From: a virus
Length of the DNA: 64,000 bases
Reading direction: 5' to 3' (one strand)
Virus record (IMG/VR): IMGVR_UViG_3300022751_000016
Coordinates: 78,451-142,450 of that record
This document shows positions 63,595 through 64,000 of this stretch, in pieces; position 1 is the first letter of the stretch; each line of letters opens with the position of its first letter. A program made the translations under genes and the position numbers. The notes beneath the pieces were generated by a model that was not told where the DNA came from, ran no database searches, and saw only the letters and a program-made list of their open reading frames with translations.

Positions 63595-64000
63595 TAGTGT
63601 TTGGATTTATATCTGGTTGTATTTGTTTGTATGAACCTAGTAGTGTATTTAAACCTTCTTTAAAAACTGCTTCTGCTAATTTATCAGGTACAATAAATTC
63701 ATATTCCCATCCTGATTTACAAGATTCTTCTTCGCATGTTGTTACAGATTCCGTATTCATGGTTATCAGCCTTATATTCACCGCATAAATTTCATGGTCA
63801 GGAATATATAGGTAACCTTCTTGGTCTATATAAGCCGAAACTTCTGTTTTTAGTTTGTATTTTCTTTTTTTGTCGCGGCGATATTTTTCTAAAGATGTTA
63901 CTATTAATCTGAATTCATCATCCACACTCGTAACCTCTTTAATGGAAGACCCTAATCTACTATAAATTAATTCAGGAAGTTTCTTTTTACTTTTCATTAA
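63581..64000 (-). CDS. tail ring-like protein, 5'-truncated at the window edge
   Basis: Frame is open beyond the ATG at 63997; GYLYI..EFIVPDKL..D.NPN C-terminus. Confidence 0.55.
   Translation of the reverse strand, partial: LMKSKKKLPELIYSRLGSSIKEVTSVDDEFRLIVTSLEKYRRDKKRKYKLKTEVSAYIDQEGYLYIPDHEIYAVNIRLITMNTESVTTCEEESCKSGWEYEFIVPDKLAEAVFKEGLNTLLGSYKQIQPDINPNTIEGR

Noticed and set aside
26540-63788. Plus-strand ORFs in the - block (e.g. 29980-30303, 43369-43716, 55523-55957, 60236-60583) and nested minus ORF 31490-31690
   Set aside because: They overlap long, motif-bearing minus-strand genes and have no independent support
1-64000. Stop-codon reassignment as seen in some crAss-like phages
   Set aside because: Genes up to 2212 aa are intact in the standard code, and TAA, TAG and TGA all end genes that abut the next start
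1-64000. tRNA genes, CRISPR arrays, a diversity-generating retroelement or an integrase
   Set aside because: No cloverleaf with T-loop consensus, no regularly spaced direct repeats, and no reverse transcriptase or recombinase motifs were seen by eye

Overview
This is a 64-kb, AT-rich segment of a large lytic tailed phage of Bacteroidota (Flavobacterium/Cellulophaga type, with a crAss-related podovirus-like gene set). The host assignment rests on several TTTG-N19/20-TAnnTTTG promoters and A-rich, Shine-Dalgarno-less start regions. Two gene blocks converge on a bidirectional terminator at about 26.2 kb. The + block (1-26.2 kb) holds many small early/accessory ORFs, a DnaB-like helicase, a family-A DNA polymerase, a VirE-N/BT4734-like putative primase, a MazG-like pyrophosphatase, a DPPY methyltransferase, a permuted GHKL-type ATPase, a metallophosphoesterase, and GIY-YIG and LAGLIDADG homing endonucleases. 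The - block (64-26.2 kb) holds tail ring and IHF-like genes, a split tail stabilisation ('muzzle'-like) protein ending in PKD-like and vWA domains, a virion lytic transglycosylase, five large putative ejected cargo proteins, and an NAD-related operon (Nampt-like plus PRS-like, i.e. NARP1-type) with extra nucleotide-processing genes. The most notable observations are four. (1) Three consecutive giant cargo proteins (1648, 665 and 2042 aa) contain only four cysteines, all at adjoining termini, which suggests a head-to-tail covalent chain. (2) A two-hairpin kissing-loop RNA leader with co-varying loops occurs twice, each time in front of an endonuclease-type gene. (3) A 981-aa virion protein is punctuated by QEGG motifs, like a polyprotein. 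(4) The NARP1-like NAD operon is expanded. All family assignments come from motif recognition by eye; no database search was run.
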